Positions 9,587-18,634 of a stretch of 64,000 bases of DNA are shown in pieces. The stretch is from Candidatus Levybacteria bacterium RIFCSPHIGHO2_02_FULL_40_18 (lineage in GTDB: Bacteria; Patescibacteriota; Microgenomatia; Levybacterales; GWA1-39-11). The position numbers were made by a program, and so were the translations under genes. The stretch spans positions 115,328 through 179,327 of the forward strand of contig MFOC01000004.1 in the NCBI GenBank assembly GCA_001782235.1, written 5' to 3'. Numbering within the stretch: the stretch's first letter is position 1; every line of letters begins with the position of its first letter. The notes beneath the pieces were generated by a model. That model made no database searches and was not told the origin of the DNA. It saw only the letters and a list, made by a program, of their open reading frames with translations.

Positions 9587-10150
9587 TCAGACTAAATTGG
9601 CAAGGGCGAGTTCAACCTTTTGCGTAAGATTCTCGACTGTTCCGTCATTTTCGATAACTACGTCTGAGAGTTCAAGACAGGCCTGGATCTGTTGTTTGTG
9701 CGAGCCTGTTTGGGCAAATTCGCGATCATCAAGCTCTTTAAATTGCTCAAAATTTTGGATTTCATCCGTATATATTCCGCGCGCGCGAAACATATCATAC
9801 CTTTTTCTCTGATTGGCAACCACGCCAATAATCTTTGCACCAAATTTTTGTCTGAAATAATTGATTTCTGCCGGGTTTCGTATAGCATCGATTACAATGA
9901 TATCAGGATTGTCCCGCTCTATAATCTCTGCGGTTCGGACAGCTAGGATATCAGTTCCAAGAGTATTTCTGAGATCATTTGAAACCAAATTACAATTAGC
10001 TCGGTTTACGTCTAGTCCGCGCGATTTAACCTCTTCCTTAAGAACATCTGAGGTAGAGTAGGCAGAATATCCTTTTTTCTTCAGGAATTCGATAACGGTT
10101 CCTTTTCCGGACGCAATGGGGCCCACAAGCCCAATAACAATTCTTGGCAT
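9587..10150 (-). CDS. P-loop nucleoside/nucleotide kinase-like protein (AAA_18 / dNMP-kinase / dephospho-CoA-kinase-like), copy 1
   Basis: Walker A GLVGPIASGKGTV. IVIDAIRNPAEI and QACLELSDVVIEND are shared with the paralog at 10313-10876. 187 aa. Confidence 0.6.
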   Translation of the reverse strand: MPRIVIGLVGPIASGKGTVIEFLKKKGYSAYSTSDVLKEEVKSRGLDVNRANCNLVSNDLRNTLGTDILAVRTAEIIERDNPDIIVIDAIRNPAEINYFRQKFGAKIIGVVANQRKRYDMFRARGIYTDEIQNFEQFKELDDREFAQTGSHKQQIQACLELSDVVIENDGTVENLTQKVELALANLV

Positions 10151-10168
10151 TATGGGAGTATATTCTAC

Positions 10169-10212
10169 ATCAAAAGTATCAAAAGTATCAAGAGTATCAA
10201 AGGGGCATCAAG
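10169..10212. repeat. tandem imperfect 9-bp repeat (ATCAAAAGT / ATCAAGAGT / ATCAAAGGG)
   Basis: Read directly between the two kinase genes. The gtatcaaaag word recurs at 26590-26700. Confidence 0.6.
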
Positions 10213-10240
10213 GGCATGAGAAGCTACTTAATAACATAGA

Positions 10241-10310
10241 AAATGGTTGTTGGATAATGGAAATTGGTAATAGAGAATAGAAATTGGAAAATAGCTTAAA
10301 ACCAATTTCT
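10241..10310. repeat. dispersed intergenic repeat, family D, inverted copy
   Basis: The reverse complement matches ttccaatttctattctctattaccaatttccatt...aacaaccatttt found at 5885-5985. Confidence 0.5.
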
Positions 10311-10312
10311 AA

Positions 10313-10876
10313 CTAAAGATCAAAATTACTTAGAGTTTTTTTTATTTTTTTAATAAATTCTTTTTTTGTTGAGTTATTTTCGATTACTATATCGGATAGA
10401 GCGAGACAGGCTTCGACTTGTTGGCCGTGGATTGTTTCTCCAATGCCGCGATCTCTTTTTTCGACACGTACGAATTCCCTTTCTGTTTTAGGATCAGAAT
10501 CACTCTTTCTTTTTTGAGAAAATTCGAGTCTCAATTTGACAGGAGCCGTTACGCCAAGGGTCGTCGCATTATATTTTTTTCGAAGATAACCTATCTCTCC
10601 GGGATTTCTTATTCCGTCTATTACAATTTTTTGGGATCTTCCGAACAGTTTTTCAGTCTGCCTGACTAAAATGTCATCTCCAAATTTTGTCCGAAGTTCG
10701 TTTCCTATGTCCTGAAGGATTAAGCGATCATGGAGTAATCCGCGACGATCCGCCTCCTCACGCGTTCTATCGCCAAGATTAAAAGATTTAAACCCGAGCT
10801 TTTCAAGCTCCAAAATAACAGTGTCTTTTCCCGAGGCAATCGGCCCCACAACCCCCACAACCATCATCATAAGCAA
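10313..10876 (-). CDS. P-loop nucleoside/nucleotide kinase-like protein, copy 2 (tandem paralog)
   Basis: VVGVVGPIASGKDTV Walker A. IDGIRNPGEIGYL and EACLALSDIVIENN match copy 1. 187 aa. Confidence 0.6.
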   Translation of the reverse strand: MLMMMVVGVVGPIASGKDTVILELEKLGFKSFNLGDRTREEADRRGLLHDRLILQDIGNELRTKFGDDILVRQTEKLFGRSQKIVIDGIRNPGEIGYLRKKYNATTLGVTAPVKLRLEFSQKRKSDSDPKTEREFVRVEKRDRGIGETIHGQQVEACLALSDIVIENNSTKKEFIKKIKKTLSNFDL

Positions 10877-10913
10877 ATTCTAGAGATTTAATTCTGTTAA
10901 ATCAAGCTTTATA

Positions 10914-12551
10914 ATGATTTTCATAAGCGAGATAAAAAATCAACTCGTGTGGTATCATTATCCCATGCAAATAGAAAGTGCTTTTACGAAGGATCGTGCT
11001 GTATTAAGATTTTATCTACTTTTGGGCCTCTTCTTTATTTCTCGTCTAATATTTCTAAGTCCGGATCCTGTATTTTTTGATTCACCCGAATATTTAAGAC
11101 GATTAGAAATGGACGATTGGCCTCGGTCGTTAATTGATGGACACCCACCTTTCCATACTGGTTATATCCTTCTATTTTGGCCTATTTTTCACTTCGGGAA
11201 ATTCTTGGGAGTTAATGGCGCATTTCTTGTGGTACTTACACAAGCTATTCTTGCAACTTTTGCCATCTGGTGTTTTTACAAAAGCATTCTTTTATTGGCA
11301 AACAGGCGTATCGCGATATGGGCATCAATAATAGCATCAGCTTTGCCACTATGGTGGATCGTAACAGATAGCGTTATGATGGAAGCGGGATACTCAAGTA
11401 CATTCCTCATTTCTTTTTATTTTTTCCTTCTTTTTCTGAAAAAACAAAATCTCGCATTTTTCCTAACAAGCATGGTCTTCTTTTTTTTGGCTCTATTAAC
11501 ACATATCGCAGTGCTTTTTTGGATTCCATTGTTCTTTTTTGCTATCTTTCGGATATCGAAAAACCAGAGAGCAAAACTTATCGTTTACGCGACCGCAGGG
11601 TTTGTTGCAACAACAATTGCAATAGTTTATTTTTTGGCCCATGTCGGCAGCTTATCGCTCATTGAAAGCGCATCCCTTATATTTTTAAGCAAAACAGGCG
11701 AACACGTAGAGATATCATTATCGGCTATAGGAATCGCACAGCTTGTGCGGAATACTATGGTTCCGATGATTGTAAATAACACTAGCCTGATAGTTATCTT
11801 AAGTATTTTTAGTCTTTTTATCTTATGGAGAAAAGATAAAAGCTATTTTTTCTTAGGGCTTCTATGGATTTTGCCAATTACTATCACCAATAATTGGTGG
11901 GATTCGCTTTTGTTTGGTAGGCACGCTCTTCTGGCGAGTTTTGGATCCGCATTTTTAGTAGGTTCGCTTTTGGAAAAGAGCAAAAAAAAATTTTTCATAG
12001 TCATTTTTTATCTACTAGTCGTTTCATTACCGGCAGTAACCCATTTGCGACAACCAATCCCATACATAGAGGAAGCGGCAGCCGTAGAAAAATTACCCAA
12101 GGGAGGACTTATTTTGGAGACGCACTTTGCAAGACCTCAAGTTGAAAAAAAATATGAAGGTAAAATAATCTTTGTAAATGAGCCGGGATGGGATCGAGCC
12201 GATACTTTAGAACAGATTCGAACATTCTTAGCTAGCGATAGACCGGTTTTCGTTACTTCTCAAGCACTTTCAGACCCTTATGGTTTATATTCGGGACCAT
12301 ATATTCATAGCTTATCGTTATCATACGCCCACCCTTTTGTACTACAAGGTATCATAGATCGGTTTACTTTAGAAAAGTACAAAATAATTAGCGAAAAAGA
12401 TAATCTCCTTATTTATAAAGTTCTTAATGACAATCCCTCACCATACCCTGAGATTAAAAAGGTGAATCAAAGTAGGAGACGAATTGATTATTTCGATCCA
12501 ATTACACAACTTATCAATATTTTCAAAGCTAGGGCGAATTTAAAACTATAA
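10914..12551 (+). CDS. GT-C fold membrane glycosyltransferase (ArnT/PMT_2-like)
   Basis: At least 10 predicted TM helices. N-terminal motif FFDSPEYLRRLEMDDWPRSLIDGHPPFHTGYILLFW resembles the PMT/ArnT DE..Y...DW...P loop. Soluble C-terminal domain. Confidence 0.55.
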   Translation: MIFISEIKNQLVWYHYPMQIESAFTKDRAVLRFYLLLGLFFISRLIFLSPDPVFFDSPEYLRRLEMDDWPRSLIDGHPPFHTGYILLFWPIFHFGKFLGVNGAFLVVLTQAILATFAIWCFYKSILLLANRRIAIWASIIASALPLWWIVTDSVMMEAGYSSTFLISFYFFLLFLKKQNLAFFLTSMVFFFLALLTHIAVLFWIPLFFFAIFRISKNQRAKLIVYATAGFVATTIAIVYFLAHVGSLSLIESASLIFLSKTGEHVEISLSAIGIAQLVRNTMVPMIVNNTSLIVILSIFSLFILWRKDKSYFFLGLLWILPITITNNWWDSLLFGRHALLASFGSAFLVGSLLEKSKKKFFIVIFYLLVVSLPAVTHLRQPIPYIEEAAAVEKLPKGGLILETHFARPQVEKKYEGKIIFVNEPGWDRADTLEQIRTFLASDRPVFVTSQALSDPYGLYSGPYIHSLSLSYAHPFVLQGIIDRFTLEKYKIISEKDNLLIYKVLNDNPSPYPEIKKVNQSRRRIDYFDPITQLINIFKARANLKL

Positions 12552-12629
12552 CATCCTGACAGGAAGAAATTTATATGCTTATTATGATTATGGTAAAGTA
12601 ATTAATACGCTGTGTACCTACAATAAACC

Positions 12630-14201
12630 ATGAACAATTTCTTATCTAAAATATTTCACGTAGTCAAAGTTCTGATTTTCTTTGGATTGCTCTTATTTTT
12701 AACGCCAAACTCAGCGTCAGCAAGTGGTACGTGGAGCTACACAGGAAGTTTTGAAATTCCAAGGTATAACCCAGCGGCGGTAACCCTTCAAAACGGAAAA
12801 GTATTGCTTATAGGAGGACATACACCAGGAGATGTTTACAACTATAGCACTCAAATATACGATCCTGTAATGGGAACCTGGGCAGCTGCAAGCGACATGT
12901 TTTCTCCCATAGCAGATCCTTTAACAGTTTTGCTTCAAGACGGCACAGTTTTTGCGACGTATAATCGTACTCACCCGCAAACTTATGACCCTAGTACGAA
13001 TCAATGGACGCCTACAGAATATATGATTAACGATCATGCTTTTGGAACTGCGACACTGTTATCAAACGGGCATGTCTTTTTGGCTGGTGGTGTCAATCAC
13101 CCTAACACTGAAATATATAACCCTTCAACACGCACGTATTCCTATACTGGGTTTATGACTACAATTCGAGTCGAGCACGGGGCTGCTTTACTACCTAACG
13201 GTAAAGTATTACTTGCTGGGGGCCGTGATCTTTCTAACCCCATATCCTCAGCTGAGATATTTGATCCCGTAACACAAAGCTTTACTCCCACTGGAAGCAT
13301 GAACAGAGTTCGCCAATATCCAGGGATAGCCGCGCTACCAGACGGTCGTATTTTGGTAGCAGGCGGTCTTGGTGCCTCAGGTTCCCCTACAACAGCGGAG
13401 ATATATGATCTAAATACTGGTATATGGACTTTGACGGGTTCTTTGAATACGGCTAGATATTTTCCCGGCGGGCTTAAATTAGTACCCCTAGCGGATGGTA
13501 CGATAATTGCAGTTGGTAGTCATTCTAGCGGTACAAGCGAAACGTATGATCCTACTACCGGTTCATGGACTATGCAAGGTAACTTACAGGAGCCACAATG
13601 TTTTGGGGCATTAACATCATTACTTGATGGTAAAGTATTATTTGCGGGGGGGTACGATTGTGTTTCCCCAGAGAACAGGCTTTCGATAGCGCAATTATAT
13701 AGTGCTGTTGGACAACTCACGGAACTTTCTCCTGCCAAAATTTGGGTAGGGCTTAAAAATAGCGATGATGTTGGAACAAGATTTGATTTGAAGGCAGAGG
13801 TATATAAAAACAGTACCGAACTTGTTAGCTCAGGACAATTAGATAACGTCTGGGGAGGAAGCAGTGGGTTTAATAATGCTAACCTGCAAACCATTGAATT
13901 CAATCCTTTCTCACCGGTAGATTTTCCACAAGGATCAACTCTAAGCATTAAGTTATATGTCAGAAATGCCTGTCAAGGGCCAACTCATAACTCAGGAACT
14001 GCCCGCCTGTGGTATGACGATGCCGCGGCTAACAGTAGACTTGATGCAACTATTGAGGGAGCAAATAGCTATTATTACCTTAGGAATAACTTTATTTTAT
14101 CTACAACAGTGGGTAGTGGACCGAAAAAGAAAATCGATGTCAATTCAGGATCTCCTTGTAGTCCCTACAAGACTTTCGGGACATGGAGTATTACTCCATA
14201 A
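12630..14201 (+). CDS. secreted Kelch-repeat beta-propeller protein
   Basis: Signal peptide, then repeated Kelch-like units (NGKVLLIGGH..., NGHVFLAGGVNH..., NGKVLLAGGRDL..., DGRILVAGGLGA...). C-terminal domain about 150 aa. Confidence 0.7.
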   Translation: MNNFLSKIFHVVKVLIFFGLLLFLTPNSASASGTWSYTGSFEIPRYNPAAVTLQNGKVLLIGGHTPGDVYNYSTQIYDPVMGTWAAASDMFSPIADPLTVLLQDGTVFATYNRTHPQTYDPSTNQWTPTEYMINDHAFGTATLLSNGHVFLAGGVNHPNTEIYNPSTRTYSYTGFMTTIRVEHGAALLPNGKVLLAGGRDLSNPISSAEIFDPVTQSFTPTGSMNRVRQYPGIAALPDGRILVAGGLGASGSPTTAEIYDLNTGIWTLTGSLNTARYFPGGLKLVPLADGTIIAVGSHSSGTSETYDPTTGSWTMQGNLQEPQCFGALTSLLDGKVLFAGGYDCVSPENRLSIAQLYSAVGQLTELSPAKIWVGLKNSDDVGTRFDLKAEVYKNSTELVSSGQLDNVWGGSSGFNNANLQTIEFNPFSPVDFPQGSTLSIKLYVRNACQGPTHNSGTARLWYDDAAANSRLDATIEGANSYYYLRNNFILSTTVGSGPKKKIDVNSGSPCSPYKTFGTWSITP

Positions 14202-14228
14202 ATTTCTTTCTGATAAGCTAAGCTGTAT

Positions 14229-14291
14229 CTTTTCCAGAGGCTATCGGCCCCACAACCCCCACAGCTTTTGGAGAATTATTCATAGTTTATG
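14229..14291 (-). pseudogene. truncated third copy of the P-loop kinase gene (N-terminal about 20 codons, then stop)
   Basis: Minus strand reads MNNSPKAVGVVGPIASGKDTA followed by a stop. The DNA gtgggggttgtggggccgatagcctctggaaaagat is near-identical to the 5' end of kinase copy 2. Confidence 0.5.
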
Positions 14292-14393
14292 TCGAGCGGA
14301 AACGAGGCGTACCGCGTCAAACGCGGCTACCAAGTTTGACTTGGTGCCGAGAGAGGGAGTCGAATGGTTCGGCTTCGCTCACCACAAGCCCAC

Positions 14394-14481
14394 TGGTGGC
14401 CGGGGAGAGACTCGAACTCTCACGAAGCTTGCGCCACACGAGTTTTTGAGACTCGCCTGTCTACCATTCCAGCACCCGGCC
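14394..14481 (-). tRNA. tRNA-Leu (anticodon CAA), type II with long variable arm, CCA encoded
   Basis: Folded by hand from the reverse complement. Acceptor GGCCGGG/CCCGGCC, discriminator A, then CCA. 3-bp D stem CTG/CAG. Anticodon arm CGAGT-CTCAAAA-ACTCG. 17-nt variable arm with a GCAA tetraloop. T arm GAGAG-TTCGAGT-CTCTC. Confidence 0.8.
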
Positions 14482-14503
14482 ATGTTGCGTTTTGTGCCTA
14501 AAT

Positions 14504-14532
14504 ATTATATACTTTTATCTTCAGCCGATCAA
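14504..14532 (-). promoter_or_regulatory. putative promoter for tRNA-Leu (minus strand TTGATC, 17-nt spacer, TATAAT)
   Basis: Read on the reverse complement: ttgatc ggctgaagataaaagta tataat, about 20 nt upstream of the tRNA 5' end. Confidence 0.4.
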
Positions 14533-14557
14533 ACGAAGAGTAACCTTGATCTAAACT

Positions 14558-15586
14558 ATGACTATTCAACAAATTTATGAACTTGCGATTGAGATGGGGA
14601 TAAAGGCAGATCCCAGAGGCACTTCTGCTGTAAAAAGGCTGCTTGAGAAGAGGGGAAAAGAATACGAAGAATTATCCTCAAAAAAGAAAAAACTTTTTGA
14701 TCTTGAATCCCTCAAAAATCCATACTCGGACACACGAATTTTATTCGGAGATGGGAGCATTGAAGTAGATAAAGTAATGGCAGGAATCGACGCGGGAGCA
14801 CCAGAAGTTCTTTTGGTTGATCGTCTCAACCAGAAAGGCCTCCGGCCCGGCCTCCACCCAGAGGGCTCTGGCCCGGCGGGAGGGGCCTCTGGCCCGGAGG
14901 GAGAAGGAATTGACCTTCTGATTTCCCATCACCCCTCAGGTCACGCTTTTGCCGCATTACATGAGGTGATGGATATTCAGGTTGATATGTTTGCAGACGC
15001 TGGAGTTCCTGCAAACGTTGCGCATTCGCTTTTTGACGTCAGAATGCAAAAGGTGAAACGCGGGATAAGTCCTTTAAATCACTCGCAGGCTGTTGATGCC
15101 GCAAGACTTCTTTTGGTTCCTCTTATGGCAATTCATACTGTTTGGGATAATCTCGGAAACCTCTTTTTAGGAAAATATCTTTCAAAAAGAAAGTTTGAAA
15201 CGGCCGGTGATGTTCTTGATTATATAAACGAAGTTCCCGAATTTGTTGAGGCAACAAAAGGCAAAGCAGGTCCCTATCTTGCGGCAGGGGTGCCTGATCG
15301 ACGAGCGGGGAAAGTGGTTTCAAACTTGACAGGAGGCACAAATCCATCAAAAGACCTGTATATGGAACTTGCTAAGGCCGGAGTCGGTACAATAGTTGAG
15401 ATGCATGTACCGGAAGAAGCGGTAGAAGAATTGAGCAAACGTCATGTTAATGTAATTGACACGGGCCATATGGCGGCTGATTCAATTGGGGCAAACATAT
15501 TTATCGACGAACTTGAAAGACAGGGAGTTACAGTTGTCCCATCCTCCGGATTAATCCGAGTAAAACGAAAAGGAAAAATCGTTTAG
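14558..15586 (+). CDS. Nif3-family dinuclear-metal-centre protein (YqfO/YbgI-like) with a GC-rich low-complexity insert
   Basis: ISHHPSGH and DTGHMAAD motifs are typical of the NIF3 family. The insert GLRPGLHPEGSGPAGGASGPEGEG is encoded by repeated ggcctc(t/c)ggcccgg. Confidence 0.65.
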   Translation: MTIQQIYELAIEMGIKADPRGTSAVKRLLEKRGKEYEELSSKKKKLFDLESLKNPYSDTRILFGDGSIEVDKVMAGIDAGAPEVLLVDRLNQKGLRPGLHPEGSGPAGGASGPEGEGIDLLISHHPSGHAFAALHEVMDIQVDMFADAGVPANVAHSLFDVRMQKVKRGISPLNHSQAVDAARLLLVPLMAIHTVWDNLGNLFLGKYLSKRKFETAGDVLDYINEVPEFVEATKGKAGPYLAAGVPDRRAGKVVSNLTGGTNPSKDLYMELAKAGVGTIVEMHVPEEAVEELSKRHVNVIDTGHMAADSIGANIFIDELERQGVTVVPSSGLIRVKRKGKIV

Positions 15587-15607
15587 CGTATTAAATCTTC
15601 TAAAATT

Positions 15608-17941
15608 TTGTATAATCTTACTGCCATGGCATTAGCAGAGGTAGAACGCCCAAAAGTTTTATACAGGCGGCCAGTCGATATCCCGCCGCTAGATCCTTCA
15701 GAAACTCCATCAAATGTTCGTAGGCTTTCCCAATATGTTTATAACATTGCAATTCCAAATGGCGATTTGCGTCGCGGCCAAGTGGAGGCACTCCGAGAAA
15801 CAGTAAATGCCTTTCAACAAGGCATAAGAGTAGGATATGTTGAACAGGCATCAGGATATGGAAAGTCCCGCTATATGCAGGAGATAGGGAGAGGATTTGG
15901 AGGCAGAATTGTATATGTGACCTCCGGAGAAACAACTTCTACAAATATTTTTGAGAAATATGAAGGTCGGGGCGTCGGAAGAATTGATAAAGACCATAGA
16001 GAAGTTGGCTATGAAATTACAGTTATCACAATGCAAAATTTACAATCTTTGCATAGAGCACTAAGATCCGGTAATACATCAAGGATTGATGATGCGCTAT
16101 TTATCTTTAGAGCAGATCTTATATTCGCAGATGAAGTCCATCATTATTTAACGCCACAGGGCCTTGGCATACTTGCAACTTTTCTATACATAAACCCTCA
16201 AAGCTACATGATTGGCGCAAGCGCAACCGAAGGTTATAATTTGGTGAAAAACTCCGAGCAGCAATTTGGAAAATGTCTTCATCGTGTTGGGCTTTCGGAA
16301 GCAGTTGAAGAAGAAGTCCTTATCTCTCCTCATGTATTGTTTGTCAAAACAGGTGCATCTTTGGATAGCTCAAGAATAACTCCGTCTGGTGACTTTGTTT
16401 TTGATCCCTCAATTCCGCTTCGCGCGCGCGACCAGAAACTTCTTGAGTCCTATCTTAAAGTTTGTGAAAGAGAGGGGAGGAGATTGCGGACGGTCTCTTA
16501 TCTTTCAAGCATTGACCACGCATATGACTATGCAGAACTTTGTGAGGCAATGAGGATACCGTGCGAAGTGATTATTGATGGAACAAAAAACCGCGATAGA
16601 ATTTATGAAAGACTAAGACAAGGACAGCTTGGTACAGTAGCAACAGTAAATACCGCAGTTGAAAGCCTTGATTTGCCATGGCTTGACGGAACTCTTCATT
16701 CGGCTCAAACGCGATCAATGCGAGTTGCGCGACAAATGTTTCCGCGGTCCATGAGGAATATTCCGGGGAAGAGTGCGCCGTGGATTATCCAGGCGGTTGA
16801 TGAGAAGACCTCCTGGCACAGAAGGCCTCTTGTAGCACCAGATATTTTGGGACAAACACGATTTGCCAACGGCTCAATTATTGTCCCAAAAAGTGCAGGT
16901 GAAGACATCCCGATTTCTCATACCGGGAAGGTATATAGTGTTGGGGTTGATCTTGCGGAAGGGACAGATGTTGATGTTGAAGTTATTGACATACGCTCTT
17001 TATTTAAGATGGGCATTTTAGACCGTGCGGTTCTTCTTGGAAAAGGACTATTGCCGCAGGAAGAAGTTGAAAAATTCCGCGCAGAGATAAATGAGTTGCT
17101 TACAAGAAAATTTGAAGGAGAATGGCCACCATCTTCATATAGGGTGTATATAGATATAGCAGGAAGGTTTAAATTATTTGACGAGATAACAAATCAAGAA
17201 GTATCCCTGGCACATATAGCCGGCCGCGTTTTTGACACAGGAACGCAAGAATTGAGAGCAATTCATTGGCATGCTTTTCAAGATTTTCTTAGAACAGGCA
17301 AACTTTCTCAAATTGATAAACAAGAAAATACAGAGAGAAACAACGGTTTAAATGAAAATTTTATTGATCCTGAATTTGCCGAGCTTTGCGATAAATTCAA
17401 AACAGGCAAGATATCAGAGAATGAAAAGAGGGTCCTGGCAGCTACCCTTAGAAGCGTCTGGGAAACAAGAAGTGATACAGTATTTGTAAGTAATCTAGGC
17501 AATATTTGCTTAGACCACGAAATGTTTAGAGGATCAGCAGGAATCTTAGGAAGGTTATTGGGAATTAATATAGCAAGCAGAGTTGGTAGTTACCAATTTT
17601 CATCACAATCAAGAACTCGTCTATTTGAATTCATAAATCAATACAGTGAAGGAGAAGAATTGGGAGCGTCTCAAGATAAAAAGGCAAAAGAGGTTACTTC
17701 TGATGGAACCCATCCGGAATTTGGTGATGTAGGGGCCTTTCTTAAAGAGGTTTTTGAAGACGCCCAAAGAAAAGGTATTGATATTAGGGATCTTACCGTA
17801 ATGACTAGCTATAGAGTTCCGTCCATAGGTAGGCTTTCGACCATTGCCCAAAAATTAGGTATTAGAGATAGAAACAATTACAACTTTATAACTAAACGAG
17901 AGTTAAGTGTTCTTCTTATGATGGCGGGAATTGAAGCATAA
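15608..17941 (+). CDS. superfamily-2 helicase (DEAH/ResIII-like core) with an uncharacterised C-terminal region of about 400 aa
   Basis: Motif I QASGYGKS, motif II IFADEVHHY, motif III GASATEG, motif V VNTAVESLDLPW, motif VI-like QTRSMRVARQ. The C-terminal half has no recognisable motif. Confidence 0.55.
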   Translation: MYNLTAMALAEVERPKVLYRRPVDIPPLDPSETPSNVRRLSQYVYNIAIPNGDLRRGQVEALRETVNAFQQGIRVGYVEQASGYGKSRYMQEIGRGFGGRIVYVTSGETTSTNIFEKYEGRGVGRIDKDHREVGYEITVITMQNLQSLHRALRSGNTSRIDDALFIFRADLIFADEVHHYLTPQGLGILATFLYINPQSYMIGASATEGYNLVKNSEQQFGKCLHRVGLSEAVEEEVLISPHVLFVKTGASLDSSRITPSGDFVFDPSIPLRARDQKLLESYLKVCEREGRRLRTVSYLSSIDHAYDYAELCEAMRIPCEVIIDGTKNRDRIYERLRQGQLGTVATVNTAVESLDLPWLDGTLHSAQTRSMRVARQMFPRSMRNIPGKSAPWIIQAVDEKTSWHRRPLVAPDILGQTRFANGSIIVPKSAGEDIPISHTGKVYSVGVDLAEGTDVDVEVIDIRSLFKMGILDRAVLLGKGLLPQEEVEKFRAEINELLTRKFEGEWPPSSYRVYIDIAGRFKLFDEITNQEVSLAHIAGRVFDTGTQELRAIHWHAFQDFLRTGKLSQIDKQENTERNNGLNENFIDPEFAELCDKFKTGKISENEKRVLAATLRSVWETRSDTVFVSNLGNICLDHEMFRGSAGILGRLLGINIASRVGSYQFSSQSRTRLFEFINQYSEGEELGASQDKKAKEVTSDGTHPEFGDVGAFLKEVFEDAQRKGIDIRDLTVMTSYRVPSIGRLSTIAQKLGIRDRNNYNFITKRELSVLLMMAGIEA

Positions 17942-17997
17942 TAATCTGGAATTTTCCTCATGATCCTGATAAAATATCAAGATTAGTGTTTTTTAAT

Positions 17998-18026
17998 TTG
18001 ACAATTTAGCAATAGAACAATATAAC
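17998..18026 (+). promoter_or_regulatory. putative promoter of efp (TTGACA, 17-nt spacer, TATAAC)
   Basis: ttgaca atttagcaatagaacaa tataac, just upstream of the ATG at 18038. Confidence 0.45.
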
Positions 18027-18037
18027 AATATAATTTT

Positions 18038-18592
18038 ATGATTTCGGTGAATGATTTAAGGGCCGGGGCGACTTTTGAGGAAAATGGCGATATTTTTAAA
18101 GTTTTGGCATTTGAGCATATTAAGATGGGGCGGGGTTCTGCCAATATTAAGGTAAAGGTAAAAAATCTTAGGAATGGATCAATTATTGAGAAAGGTTACA
18201 CCAATGGCGCTAACGTTTCAGATATTATTTTAACAAAACGGGAATTCCAATTTCTTTATAAAGACTCTGAAAATGCCTATTTTATGGATCCCCGGACATT
18301 TGAACAAAGATCAATTCCTTTAAAAACATTATCAGGAAGCGAATATCTTAAAGAAGGGGAGACTGTAAGTCTTGAATTCTTTGAAGACGAAGCGCTTGAT
18401 CTTCTTTTGCCACCTAAGATTACTCTCAGGGTTTCCGATACTACACCCGGGGTTCGAGGGGATTCGGCAACCAATATCTATAAAGATGCGATTCTTGAAA
18501 ATGGAGGTAAAATAAAGGTACCTCTTTTTATCAAGGTTGGGGATAGTATTGTTGTAGATACTAGGGATGGGAGTTATACTAAAAGAGCGTGA
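18038..18592 (+). CDS. efp: elongation factor P
   Basis: N-terminus MISVNDLRAGATFEENGDIFKVLAFEHIKMGRGSA..., 184 aa, three-domain EF-P layout. Confidence 0.85.
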   Translation: MISVNDLRAGATFEENGDIFKVLAFEHIKMGRGSANIKVKVKNLRNGSIIEKGYTNGANVSDIILTKREFQFLYKDSENAYFMDPRTFEQRSIPLKTLSGSEYLKEGETVSLEFFEDEALDLLLPPKITLRVSDTTPGVRGDSATNIYKDAILENGGKIKVPLFIKVGDSIVVDTRDGSYTKRA

Positions 18593-18634
18593 CCCCATTA
18601 GATAACTTCGTATCTAACGGGGTAAACTTCCTAA

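Noticed and set aside
13957-14580. 207-aa plus-strand ORF in the track
   Set aside because: It overlaps the 3' end of the Kelch-repeat gene, the kinase remnant and the whole tRNA-Leu gene. It has no motif and is almost certainly a spurious read-through frame.
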